A stretch of DNA of 52,270 nt, taken from positions 1 through 52,270 of the forward strand of contig JAQGDQ010001249.1 of the NCBI GenBank assembly GCA_030141605.1, given 5' to 3'. How positions within the stretch are numbered: position 1 is the stretch's first letter; each line of letters opens with the position of its first letter. The notes beneath the pieces were generated by a model. The model was not told the DNA's origin. It ran no database searches and saw only the letters and a list, made by a program, of their open reading frames with translations. Of this stretch, positions 18,530 to 27,900 are shown in pieces. The position numbers and the translations under genes were made by a program. This stretch comes from Tubiluchus corallicola (Eukaryota > Animalia > Priapulida).

Positions 18530-19441
18530 ATGACCATACAAATACAAAATATCACCAAGCAATATAGCAAACAGAAAGCCCTTGATGGTATTAATCTTAG
18601 TATTAATAAAGGAGAAATAGTAGCACTACTTGGACCTAATGGAGCGGGAAAATCAACCTTAATGAAAATTATTACTGGCTACTTGCCTCAAACCAAAGGA
18701 AAAGTAATCATCAACCAACAAGATGCAGCTGCTACTAACTTTCTCAATTTAAGAAAAAAAATAGGCTATCTCCCCGAAAATAATCCTCTATATACAGATA
18801 TGTATGTAACAGAGTACTTACACTTTGTTGCCAAAATTTACCAATTAAAGAAACCAAGACAAGCCGTCCGTAATATTATTGACCTTACTGGCTTACAGAA
18901 CGAGCAGCATAAAAAAATACAAGCTCTTTCCAAAGGTTACCGACAACGAGTAGGACTTGCACAAGCACTCATTCATAACCCTGAGATACTTATATTAGAT
19001 GAACCTACCACGGGATTAGACCCTAATCAAATTATAGAAATAAGAAATCTTATAAAGCAAATAGCCCACAACAAAACTATTCTACTTTCTACGCACATAC
19101 TACAAGAGGCACAAGTTCTATGTAATAGAATTGTTATTATCAACAAAGCTAATATAGTAGCCGACAGTCCTACAACCAACCTTGCTACTCTTGCCAAGGA
19201 GCAACAGCAAGTAATTGTAGAGCTGGACAGTTCGGTTCCTCTTCAGCAACTACAACGAATAGAAACAATAGCAGAAGTAAAACAAACTGCTCCTAATACT
19301 TACACCTTTACTGCTCAACAAGGAGAAGATTGTCGTTCCCATATTTTCAACTTTGCAGTGGAAAAAAAATATACCCTCCTTACTCTTAAAGAAGAACAAA
19401 GAAGTTTAGAAAATATTTTTAAAGAATTGACATTAAGCTAA
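18530..19441 (+). CDS. gldA: ABC transporter ATP-binding protein, GldA-like
   Basis: GPNGAGKST, IGYLPENNPLY, LSKGYRQRVGLAQAL, DEPTTGLDPNQ; stands alone without a permease, as gldA often does. Confidence 0.75.
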   Translation: MTIQIQNITKQYSKQKALDGINLSINKGEIVALLGPNGAGKSTLMKIITGYLPQTKGKVIINQQDAAATNFLNLRKKIGYLPENNPLYTDMYVTEYLHFVAKIYQLKKPRQAVRNIIDLTGLQNEQHKKIQALSKGYRQRVGLAQALIHNPEILILDEPTTGLDPNQIIEIRNLIKQIAHNKTILLSTHILQEAQVLCNRIVIINKANIVADSPTTNLATLAKEQQQVIVELDSSVPLQQLQRIETIAEVKQTAPNTYTFTAQQGEDCRSHIFNFAVEKKYTLLTLKEEQRSLENIFKELTLS

Positions 19442-19462
19442 TTTCTCTTAATTTTATAGCTA

Positions 19463-20272
19463 TTACTTTAATAAGGAGTCTGGCTCTTTAGCCATATGAT
19501 TGTAGGTAAGTTTTTCTAACCAAGCAGGGAATAATTTTTTGAGAAAAGTAGCAAGTTTTCCCTCTAAGAAAGTAAGTATCAATGTTCTTTTTCTTTTTTT
19601 TATAGCTGCAATCATTTGCTTTGCAACTTTTTCAGCTGACATCATTTTGTCCTCGTTTCTTGGCGTTTCTCCTTGTGAGCTACCATCAGCTGCTAAAGCC
19701 GTATTCCTAATATTAGAAGTTGTAAACCCCGGAGCCACTATTAGCACGTGCAAGCCTGTTTTTAAATTTTCCACACGAAGAGCTTCCAAAAAACCGTTCA
19801 TTGCATATTTAGAAGCTGAATAACCTGTACGAGCAGGCAAACCTATAAACCCTGCAATGGAGGATACACCCACCACCGAACCTTTGGATTGTAACAAATA
19901 AGGAACGGCATATTTGGTACAATACACAGTTCCCCAAAAATTGACCTCCATCAATTGATGTATTACACTTAAATCTACATCACGAAACAATGCTCGCATA
20001 GAGATACCTGCATTGTTTATCAAAACATCTATCCTGTTAAATTCCTCGACAGTTTTTGCTATCAGATTTTCGCAATCCTTTTGTATCCTCACATCTGTTT
20101 TTACTGCCAGCACCTTACTTCCTGTAGCAGAAAGTTCTTTCTTTATATCATTTAATCTGTCAATACTACGAGCAGCCAACACCAACTTAGCACCTTCTTC
20201 TATTAGTTCCTTTGCACAAGCCAGTCCTATACCAGAACTTGCTCCCGTAATGATTACAACTTTATCTTTCAT
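19463..20272 (-). CDS. SDR-family oxidoreductase
   Basis: TGASSGIG, NNAG, YSASK; likely start at ATG 20272 (MKDKVVII). Confidence 0.92.
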   Translation of the reverse strand: MKDKVVIITGASSGIGLACAKELIEEGAKLVLAARSIDRLNDIKKELSATGSKVLAVKTDVRIQKDCENLIAKTVEEFNRIDVLINNAGISMRALFRDVDLSVIHQLMEVNFWGTVYCTKYAVPYLLQSKGSVVGVSSIAGFIGLPARTGYSASKYAMNGFLEALRVENLKTGLHVLIVAPGFTTSNIRNTALAADGSSQGETPRNEDKMMSAEKVAKQMIAAIKKRKRTLILTFLEGKLATFLKKLFPAWLEKLTYNHMAKEPDSLLK

Positions 20273-20362
20273 ATTATTCTCATAGAATACATGTATTCCC
20301 CGCAATCATTTGATTAGTGAATGAATCTTGAAAATATGTTTGTTGTTTATGAACAAATATGT

Positions 20363-21526
20363 TTAAAAATGATGTTTTAAGCTTTCTTCTAAGTAAGGGT
20401 GATTCTTTGGCACAAGATTAGCTCTAGAGAGTGCAGTGAAAGTGATAAAAACAAATAACCCAAGGAACCCAAGATAACTGCCTATTTCTATAAGGCCTAT
20501 GCTATTTTCTTTTGTAGTAGTGCTAGGCATCACAGCAAAATACATTTCTATCCAATGTCCTATCATTAACCCAATGATAACTATTGTCATTATGGTGCTG
20601 TTACGACTAGTGTATCTTGGCATTAGTACAACAAAAGGTATTGCCCAGTTGAGAAGAATATTGAGTATAAATATAGGTTTCCATTCGGGGCTAAGGCGTG
20701 GAACAAAGTAAATAGTTTCTTCAGGGATATTGGCATACCAAATCAAAGTATACTGCGAAAACCAAAACCAACCCCAAAAAATACTGACGATAAAGATATA
20801 ACGAGAGAAATCGTGTAAGTGACTCTTATTAAGAAATGAAAGATAGCCTTGTTTGTTGAGAAATATTACAATAAGGGCTATTGCACAAATACCGTGCAAA
20901 AAGGCTGATACGAATATCTTTAATGCGTATATGGTGCTAAACCAGTGGGGGTCAAGAGACATTAGCCAATCTACACCCGCGAGTGAAAAAGTGAGAGCTA
21001 AAACAAAAATGAATATTTTGGAATAGAGTTCACTTTTCTTAAAAAATGTTAGACCTCCTTCTTGGTCTTCTTTGAGAGATAAGTGCCTTAGTATTTTATA
21101 AAGAATTATCCAAGATATAAAGAATACTGCGAGCCTTATAAGAAAAAAGGGTATGTTGAGATAAGGTGATTTATGTTGTAATAAAGCATCATGTTCTAAA
21201 ACTTCAGTATGCGACCAATGATATAAGGTATGTAGCCCAAAACCAAGCAATAAAAATAAAATGAAGGAAAAAGGAATATAAGCACCAAGAGCTTCGGATA
21301 TTCTTTTAAAACCTGCTGACCAGCCAGATTGTGTAATGTGCTGTATGGCAAGAAAGAAAGTAGCACCAATGGACAATGAAATAAATAGCACATTGTTGAG
21401 CAGATAATTAGCCCAGGTTTTATCAGGGTCAGTAAGAAAACCATAAGCAAATGTAAGTACACCAATAACTACTAACACAAGGCATATTTGCTTTAACCGT
21501 TTGGGAAAGGTAAAGTATTCTTTCAT
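20363..21526 (-). CDS. actF: Alternative complex III subunit ActF
   Basis: Multi-TM; YHW, K..YLN.PFF, DWLMSLDPHWFST, SQY.LIWYANIPEET. Confidence 0.85.
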   Translation of the reverse strand: MKEYFTFPKRLKQICLVLVVIGVLTFAYGFLTDPDKTWANYLLNNVLFISLSIGATFFLAIQHITQSGWSAGFKRISEALGAYIPFSFILFLLLGFGLHTLYHWSHTEVLEHDALLQHKSPYLNIPFFLIRLAVFFISWIILYKILRHLSLKEDQEGGLTFFKKSELYSKIFIFVLALTFSLAGVDWLMSLDPHWFSTIYALKIFVSAFLHGICAIALIVIFLNKQGYLSFLNKSHLHDFSRYIFIVSIFWGWFWFSQYTLIWYANIPEETIYFVPRLSPEWKPIFILNILLNWAIPFVVLMPRYTSRNSTIMTIVIIGLMIGHWIEMYFAVMPSTTTKENSIGLIEIGSYLGFLGLFVFITFTALSRANLVPKNHPYLEESLKHHF

Positions 21527-21537
21527 TTTTTTATATT

Positions 21538-22080
21538 TTAATTATTTTGCAGCTTGTTTCTAATATAATTAATAACTTTCCACCTGTCTTCGGGGCGTAT
21601 AAGGGAGCCTTGCTCGCCCATTACTCCTTGTCCCATAGTAATTACGTGGTAGAGCTCTCCGTCTGGTGTATCTTTCAATACATTAGTAGTAAGAGATGCT
21701 GGTGGGAAGGGATATTTTTTACTAAGGAATAAGTTGCCTTGCCCATCTCCCTTTTCTCCATGGCAATTAAGACAATATATGTTGTATACTTCTTTGCCAC
21801 GTGTTAGATTTTCTTTTGTATTTTGCAGAGGGTTATGATAGGTTGTGCCTGCCAATGTTCTATCTCCTATTTTCAAAGTATAGGGCATTTCGCCTCGTGG
21901 TATAGTTCCTGCCACAGGTTCGCGTTGTGTTTTGCCATCTTCAAAGATAGGATTGGCAGCATTTGTTTCATAGGCTTTGGAATAGAACATATCGGGCATA
22001 TAGTCATAACCTGTATTGTTGTTGTTTCTATGACAAGATATTATACTAAAACCTATAAGTAGTGTAGCTAAATACTTCAT
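21538..22080 (-). CDS. actE: Alternative complex III monoheme cytochrome c lipoprotein ActE
   Basis: Lipobox IIS-C, YMPDM.YS.AYE, PVAGTIPRG, CLNCH heme motif. Confidence 0.88.
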   Translation of the reverse strand: MKYLATLLIGFSIISCHRNNNNTGYDYMPDMFYSKAYETNAANPIFEDGKTQREPVAGTIPRGEMPYTLKIGDRTLAGTTYHNPLQNTKENLTRGKEVYNIYCLNCHGEKGDGQGNLFLSKKYPFPPASLTTNVLKDTPDGELYHVITMGQGVMGEQGSLIRPEDRWKVINYIRNKLQNN

Positions 22081-22099
22081 AGTAGTATTGTTTATGAGT

Positions 22100-22606
22100 T
22101 TATTTTTTGTTACTGATTATTACTTCTTCTGCCGCATTTTGCTTCAACAATTTTTCTAATACTGCTCTATTGCGTTTATTTTTCTCATAAAACTCTATTA
22201 CAAACTTATCATCAGTAATTCGTTTATCTATGATGTTAGGTTGTTTATGTGGATATATTTTAGCCCTAACATTAAAAGTAATAAGTGAAGTAATAGTAAC
22301 AGTAAGTATTGTTCCAATAAGAACAACGACAACATAAGGAGGTATAGTAGCAGAAGGCTTGCCGCCTATATTGAGCGACCAATCTATAACAGAGGTGTAA
22401 TACAAACCAGAAAGTATCGCAATAACAGCAAAAAGCCCGTAGAAATAAGCAGCATAAGTAATACGGGTTTTTCTTTCCAATTTCTCAAATACCTTATGAA
22501 TAGGGTAGGGGGTATATACCTCTTCTATATCGTATTCCTTTTCTTTAATAAGATCTATGGCTTTTAGCAAATCGTCTTCATTATTAAATATGGCTAATAA
22601 TTGCAT
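22100..22606 (-). CDS. actD: Alternative complex III subunit ActD (DUF3341)
   Basis: YTPYPIH, DWSLNIGGKP, D.RITDDKF; lies between actC and actE. Confidence 0.85.
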   Translation of the reverse strand: MQLLAIFNNEDDLLKAIDLIKEKEYDIEEVYTPYPIHKVFEKLERKTRITYAAYFYGLFAVIAILSGLYYTSVIDWSLNIGGKPSATIPPYVVVVLIGTILTVTITSLITFNVRAKIYPHKQPNIIDKRITDDKFVIEFYEKNKRNRAVLEKLLKQNAAEEVIISNKK

Positions 22607-22621
22607 AACAATGATTGTGTT

Positions 22622-23995
22622 TTATTTTACTTTTTGTTGTTTTTCAAGACTATATTTGTTTACTGTTTTTACCTCGTGTATGGCTATCATAGGTATATAG
22701 CGGAAGAACATCAATACTCCTACACCGAATAGTCCCAACGTTCCGATGTAAATAGCTACCTCTACAAAAGAAGGAGTGTAAGTAGTCCAGTTAGCAGGTA
22801 AAAAATCCTTGCTTAGTGAAGTCACTACAATATTGAACCTTTCGAACCACATACCTAAATTAATAATTAAAGAAATAATCAACAAGGCAGTAATGTTTTT
22901 ACGTATTTTTTTGAACCAAAACAATTGTGGAACCAGAGCATTACAGGTTATCATAGCCCAAAACTGTATAGCATAATCACCAGTAATTCTGTTTTTAAAA
23001 AAAGTAAACATTTCATAAGTGCTACCCGAATACCATGCTATAAATATTTCTGTAACATAAGCTGTTGCCATAATAAGGGATATAAAGATAAGTATCTTAG
23101 CAATAGCATTAAGATGCGAATCCTTGACATAGGCTTTTAACACGGGATATAATTTTCTGATAGTTATCATCAAAGTCATTACCATAGCAAAACCAGAGAA
23201 AATAGCTCCTACTACAAAGTAAGGTGGAAAAATGGTGGTGTGCCATCCCGGTTCTACCCCTACAGCAAAATCGGTAGATACAATAGAATGCACAGAGACC
23301 ACAAGCATTGCTGCAATACCCCCCAGCACAAAGCTCAATCCTTCGTAACGTATCCATTCTTTGGATGATCCTATCCACCCAAAACTAAGGAAACCATAGA
23401 TAGTTCTCTTAATTTTTGAGGTAGTTTTGTCTCTAATAGTAGCAAAGTCCGGTATCATACCCACATACCAAAAACTGGCAGATATAAGTAAGTAAGCACT
23501 GATGGCTATTACATCCCAAAATAGAGGTGAATTATAATTGACCCACAATGGCCCTCGTGTATTAGAGTAGGGAACAACGAAAAAGGCAAGCCATATGCGT
23601 CCCATATGTAATAGAGGAAACATTCCTGCACATAACACAGCAAAAACTGTCATTGCCTCAGCAGCACGGTTGATAGCAGTTCTCCATTTCTGTCGTAAAA
23701 TAAGTAAAAAGATAGAAAAAGCCGTTCCTGCGTGTCCTATACCTATCCACCATACAAAATTAATAATCGCCCAACCCCATGCTACGGAGTTATTCAACCC
23801 CCAGGTACCAATTCCTTGTGTAACTGTAACATATTGAGCCCATAGACCAAGACAAAGCATAAGGATACTTGTCCCCATTGCGAAAAACCACCATCGGGGG
23901 GCTTTAGCATTTATAGGAGAAATAATATCTTCCGAAATATTGCCTAATGTTTTTTTACCTTCTATTAAAGTTCCTCTTACTGATGTTTTATACAT
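22622..23995 (-). CDS. actC: Alternative complex III subunit ActC (NrfD/PsrC family)
   Basis: GIGTWG, NFVWWIGIGHAGT, INRAAEAMT, HMGR, SPLFWD, VSVHSIVS.DFA, PGWHTTIFPPYFV.GAIFSG. Confidence 0.92.
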   Translation of the reverse strand: MYKTSVRGTLIEGKKTLGNISEDIISPINAKAPRWWFFAMGTSILMLCLGLWAQYVTVTQGIGTWGLNNSVAWGWAIINFVWWIGIGHAGTAFSIFLLILRQKWRTAINRAAEAMTVFAVLCAGMFPLLHMGRIWLAFFVVPYSNTRGPLWVNYNSPLFWDVIAISAYLLISASFWYVGMIPDFATIRDKTTSKIKRTIYGFLSFGWIGSSKEWIRYEGLSFVLGGIAAMLVVSVHSIVSTDFAVGVEPGWHTTIFPPYFVVGAIFSGFAMVMTLMITIRKLYPVLKAYVKDSHLNAIAKILIFISLIMATAYVTEIFIAWYSGSTYEMFTFFKNRITGDYAIQFWAMITCNALVPQLFWFKKIRKNITALLIISLIINLGMWFERFNIVVTSLSKDFLPANWTTYTPSFVEVAIYIGTLGLFGVGVLMFFRYIPMIAIHEVKTVNKYSLEKQQKVK

Positions 23996-24023
23996 TGTAG
24001 GACATATTTTAGATAATTTGTGT

Positions 24024-24055
24024 CAAAAATAAATTTTATTGTAAAAATATGCAAA
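24024..24055 (-). promoter_or_regulatory. Bacteroidota housekeeping promoter (-33 TTTG / -7 TAnnTTTG) directly upstream of actC
   Basis: Minus strand TTTG-N20-TATTTTTG, ending 28 bp before the actC ATG. Confidence 0.7.
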
Positions 24056-24063
24056 AAAAGATA

Positions 24064-24107
24064 AAAATAATAAAAGATGAGAATTAATTCTCATCTTTTA
24101 TTATTTT
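24064..24107. terminator. Perfect 44-bp palindrome, likely terminator of the upstream barrel gene
   Basis: AAAATAATAAAAGATGAGAATT|AATTCTCATCTTTTATTATTTT. Confidence 0.75.
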
Positions 24108-24119
24108 AACTATCAACTT

Positions 24120-24899
24120 TTAAAATGCATATCCAATAGTAACGCCTGTTCTAAAGCCAGGTACTACAAGGTTATCAACCGTTGTTTTGATAGTGTTGTC
24201 ATTTCTTGTTGTTTTTATCTTGTTTTCAATAAAAGGAATATCACTTATACTGCTATCTATTTCTCTTACAAGTTCATCAAAAATTGCATCTAAAATATTT
24301 TCATCCATAGGAGTTACATTACTCTCAACAGTTGCAAAATTGACCCCTAAACCCAAAAAATACCAATCAATAGAAACCCTATCAGCAATCAACCATTGGA
24401 TACCCAGTTGTACTCCCAAACCAAACAAATTGTATTTTCCTGTTAGTTTTGTATCTACATCTTCTGCATTTCCTTCAACATCTAATGAAAAAACAGTTCC
24501 GGTAGTAATTTCATATTTTCTATATTTCAACTGTCCGCCAATATAAAATCCTGCTGGAATATCTTTTTTACTATTAAGGTAAAGCCGATATTCAGGCATA
24601 AAAGAGAAGCCCTTAAATTCACTTTCATTAAATGTACTTTCTAAGCTATTCTCATTTATTCCGTCTATAATAGCAGTAGGTAATGCTTGGGGAAAAATAG
24701 AAGTAACAGTCAAACTTACAGAACTTTTAGGTGTCAATATCCGCTCATAACTTAGCCCCAAACCATTAGCAAAGATTGTAGGAATATCTAATTTTACAAC
24801 GTTCTTTGGCCCAAGGAAGTTGTCGGCAACTTCCTTATCTTGTGCATATGAAAAAGAAAGGCTAAATAATAAAAAGGAAAGCAAAAGTGATTTTTTCAT
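24120..24899 (-). CDS. DUF3575-like outer-membrane beta-barrel protein
   Basis: Signal peptide from ATG 24899 (MKKSLLL..SYA/Q), KNVVK, LSYER, PEYRLY, GFYIG, C-terminal IGYAF. Confidence 0.7.
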   Translation of the reverse strand: MKKSLLLSFLLFSLSFSYAQDKEVADNFLGPKNVVKLDIPTIFANGLGLSYERILTPKSSVSLTVTSIFPQALPTAIIDGINENSLESTFNESEFKGFSFMPEYRLYLNSKKDIPAGFYIGGQLKYRKYEITTGTVFSLDVEGNAEDVDTKLTGKYNLFGLGVQLGIQWLIADRVSIDWYFLGLGVNFATVESNVTPMDENILDAIFDELVREIDSSISDIPFIENKIKTTRNDNTIKTTVDNLVVPGFRTGVTIGYAF

Positions 24900-25056
24900 A
24901 ACGACATCTTTTAAAATTAAAGCCACGATATTAACTTATTAAAGTTGCTAAAATATCACTTTTTTTGTTTCCACATAATATATAGTTGATAAATATTAAT
25001 GACTTAAATATAAAAAAAACATTATTTTTGTTTCACTAAGAACAAAAACATAAAAA

Positions 25057-26394
25057 ATGGATATTATCATAGCAGGAGCAGGAGCAGTAGGAGTGCATCT
25101 TGCCAAAATGCTAAGTACTGAAAAACATAACATTACACTTGTAGATAATGATGAAGAGAAATTAGAACTTCTTAGCACACAAACAGACCTGCTTACTGTA
25201 GAAGGTTCTTTGTCTTCCTTTGAAGACCTAAAAAGAATAGGTGTAAATAAAGCCGATTTGCTTGTTGCTGTAACCAAAGAGCCAGAAACTAACATTACAG
25301 GTGCTATTTTTAGTAAAAAATTAGGTGTTAAAAAAGTAATAGCTCGCGTCAATAAAGAAGAATATATACTTCCTCGTAACATCAAAACACTACAAAGTAT
25401 AGGAATAGATTCACTGATATATCCAGAAATAATTGCTGCTCAAGAAATTGTTGCCTCCTTGAAATTTACTGGAACACGCCAAGTGCAAGAGTTCTCAGGA
25501 GGAAAGTTAGCCCTATTTGGTATAAAACTCTACCAAGGCACTCCTATTATTGGAATGACACTGCAACAAGTAGCAGAAACTTACAATAAAGTAGATTATA
25601 GGGTAGTAGCCATCAACAGGAGAAATTTTACTATTATTCCTCGTGGTGGAGAAAAGTTTGAACAAGGGGATATTGTTTTTTTCGTATCTCGTCCTAAACA
25701 TATGAACGATGTAATGCACGTTCTAAGAAGAGAACACCACAAAATAAGAAACCTAATGATACTCGGGGGCAGTAAAATAGGTGAAACCACTGCTCGCCTG
25801 TTAGAAAACGATTATAACGTAAAACTTATAGAAATAAATAGAGGAAGAAGCCAAAAATTGGCAGAAAATTTAAGAAAAACATTGGTTATTAATGGAGATG
25901 GTATAGACCTTGACCTGTTGAAAGAAGAAGGGGTAGAGAATATGGATGCTTTCATTGCTGTTACTGACAAGTCAGAGACTAATATACTTTCCTGCCTAAT
26001 GGCAAAAAAACTTGGTATAAAAAAAACCATAGCTGAAGTAGAGAACTTGGATTTTATTAGCCTTGCAGGTGATGCTGATATAGGAACACTTTTCAATAAA
26101 AAACAAATAGCTGCCAGCTACATCTATCGTTTTACAATGAAAACCAAAGTGTCAGACTTTAAAATGCTTGCTGCTGCAGAAGCAGAAGTGCTTGAGTTTG
26201 AAGTGAAAGAAGGAGCTAAAATAACCAAACGTCCTGTTAAAGATTTAAAACTACCTGAAAAAGCTAATATTGGAGGTGTTATTAGAAACAAAAAGTGCCT
26301 CATAGCCAAGGGAGACACAAAAATACAACCTAATGATAAAGTAGTAATATTTACACATCCTGCAGACATTAGTAGAATCGAAAAATTTTTCTAA
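25057..26394 (+). CDS. trkA: Trk potassium uptake NAD-binding subunit
   Basis: Two RCK_N (GAGAVG; ILGGSKIG) and RCK_C domains. Confidence 0.95.
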   Translation: MDIIIAGAGAVGVHLAKMLSTEKHNITLVDNDEEKLELLSTQTDLLTVEGSLSSFEDLKRIGVNKADLLVAVTKEPETNITGAIFSKKLGVKKVIARVNKEEYILPRNIKTLQSIGIDSLIYPEIIAAQEIVASLKFTGTRQVQEFSGGKLALFGIKLYQGTPIIGMTLQQVAETYNKVDYRVVAINRRNFTIIPRGGEKFEQGDIVFFVSRPKHMNDVMHVLRREHHKIRNLMILGGSKIGETTARLLENDYNVKLIEINRGRSQKLAENLRKTLVINGDGIDLDLLKEEGVENMDAFIAVTDKSETNILSCLMAKKLGIKKTIAEVENLDFISLAGDADIGTLFNKKQIAASYIYRFTMKTKVSDFKMLAAAEAEVLEFEVKEGAKITKRPVKDLKLPEKANIGGVIRNKKCLIAKGDTKIQPNDKVVIFTHPADISRIEKFF

Positions 26395-26415
26395 ATAAGA
26401 AGCTTCATATAATAA

Positions 26416-27864
26416 ATGATAAATAACAAAATAATCATAAGAATACTTGGCTTGTTACTTATAGTAGAAAGCATTTTTATGCTTATTACCTCAGCTGTTG
26501 CTATTATCTACCAAGAGCCTTTATTGAAACCCATACTTACTGCTACAGGATTAGCATTTTCTATAGGTGTCATAAGTCTTATAACTACCCGAAAAGCCAG
26601 TAAAAACATAGGAAAAAGAGAAGGTTATATTATTGTTTCACTTGTATGGATAGTATTCTCATTATTTGGAGCATTGCCTTTTTATCTTTCAGGGGCGATA
26701 CCCTCTTATACAAATGCTTTTTTTGAAACTATTTCAGGTTTTACTACTACTGGCTCTACTATATTGACTGATATAGAAGCCCTACCTTACAGTTTGCTCT
26801 TTTGGCGTAGTCTTACCCAATGGCTTGGAGGTATGGGTATTATTGTTTTGTCGCTTGCCATATTGCCCATACTTGGTATTGGAGGAATGCAGCTATTTAT
26901 TGCAGAGGTTCCAGGCCCCACACCTGATAAGATACATCCACGTGTAAAACAAACTGCCCAACGTCTTTGGGGTATATATGTGCTATTTACTATAAGTGAA
27001 GCTATACTTCTCTACTTTGCAGGAATGGGTGTTTTTGATGCTGTTTGCCATTCATTTACCACAATGGCAACAGGTGGTTATTCTACCAAAAACGAAAGCA
27101 TAGCTCATTTTGAATCACCCTATATTCATTATATCATCATAGCTTTTATGTTTATTGCAGGTATCAATTTTACTTTATCTTATTTTGCTATTAATGGAAA
27201 AATAAAAAGAGTATTTAGTAACGAGGAGTTTCGATACTATGCAGGTATCATAATAGTTTCTACACTTATTATAGCTATTATTCTTTTTATTTCAGAAGGA
27301 AATGGTATAGAAAAGTCAATAAGAGATGCACTGTTTCAGGTAGTAGCCATAGTAACCACTACAGGTTTTATAACGGTGGATTATCTTATTTTAGTGCCAA
27401 TACTATCTTTCATTATATTCCTATTAATGTTTTGTGGAGGCTCTGCAGGCTCAACGGGTGGTAGTGTGAAAATAGTAAGAATTATGTTGCTTTTAAAAAA
27501 TAGTTATAACGAACTGAAAAAACTCATACATCCCAACGCTATTATACCTGTGAGAGTAAATGGCAAAGCCATAGACCCCAAAATTATTACCAATGTACTT
27601 GCTTTTATAATGATATATATACTAATAGTAGCTATTGGTACTCTTGTTATTTCTGCAATGGGTTACGACCTTGATACATCTATTGGAGCAGTGGCAACAA
27701 CCATAGGTAATGTAGGACCTGGATTAGGAGCAGTAGGACCTGTGGAAAACTTTGACCATATGCCCGATTCGGGTAAGTGGTTTTTATCATTTTTAATGCT
27801 TATTGGACGTTTAGAACTTTTTACCGTGCTTATTCTTTTTGCTCCTGCGTTTTGGAAAAAATAG
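26416..27864 (+). CDS. trkH: Trk potassium uptake membrane subunit
   Basis: FETISGFTTTG, QWLGGMG, ATGGYST, GSTGG.K, GRLE. Confidence 0.95.
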   Translation: MINNKIIIRILGLLLIVESIFMLITSAVAIIYQEPLLKPILTATGLAFSIGVISLITTRKASKNIGKREGYIIVSLVWIVFSLFGALPFYLSGAIPSYTNAFFETISGFTTTGSTILTDIEALPYSLLFWRSLTQWLGGMGIIVLSLAILPILGIGGMQLFIAEVPGPTPDKIHPRVKQTAQRLWGIYVLFTISEAILLYFAGMGVFDAVCHSFTTMATGGYSTKNESIAHFESPYIHYIIIAFMFIAGINFTLSYFAINGKIKRVFSNEEFRYYAGIIIVSTLIIAIILFISEGNGIEKSIRDALFQVVAIVTTTGFITVDYLILVPILSFIIFLLMFCGGSAGSTGGSVKIVRIMLLLKNSYNELKKLIHPNAIIPVRVNGKAIDPKIITNVLAFIMIYILIVAIGTLVISAMGYDLDTSIGAVATTIGNVGPGLGAVGPVENFDHMPDSGKWFLSFLMLIGRLELFTVLILFAPAFWKK

Positions 27865-27900
27865 TGGTAATTATTTTTGGAGAAAGGTATTTGTTACAAT

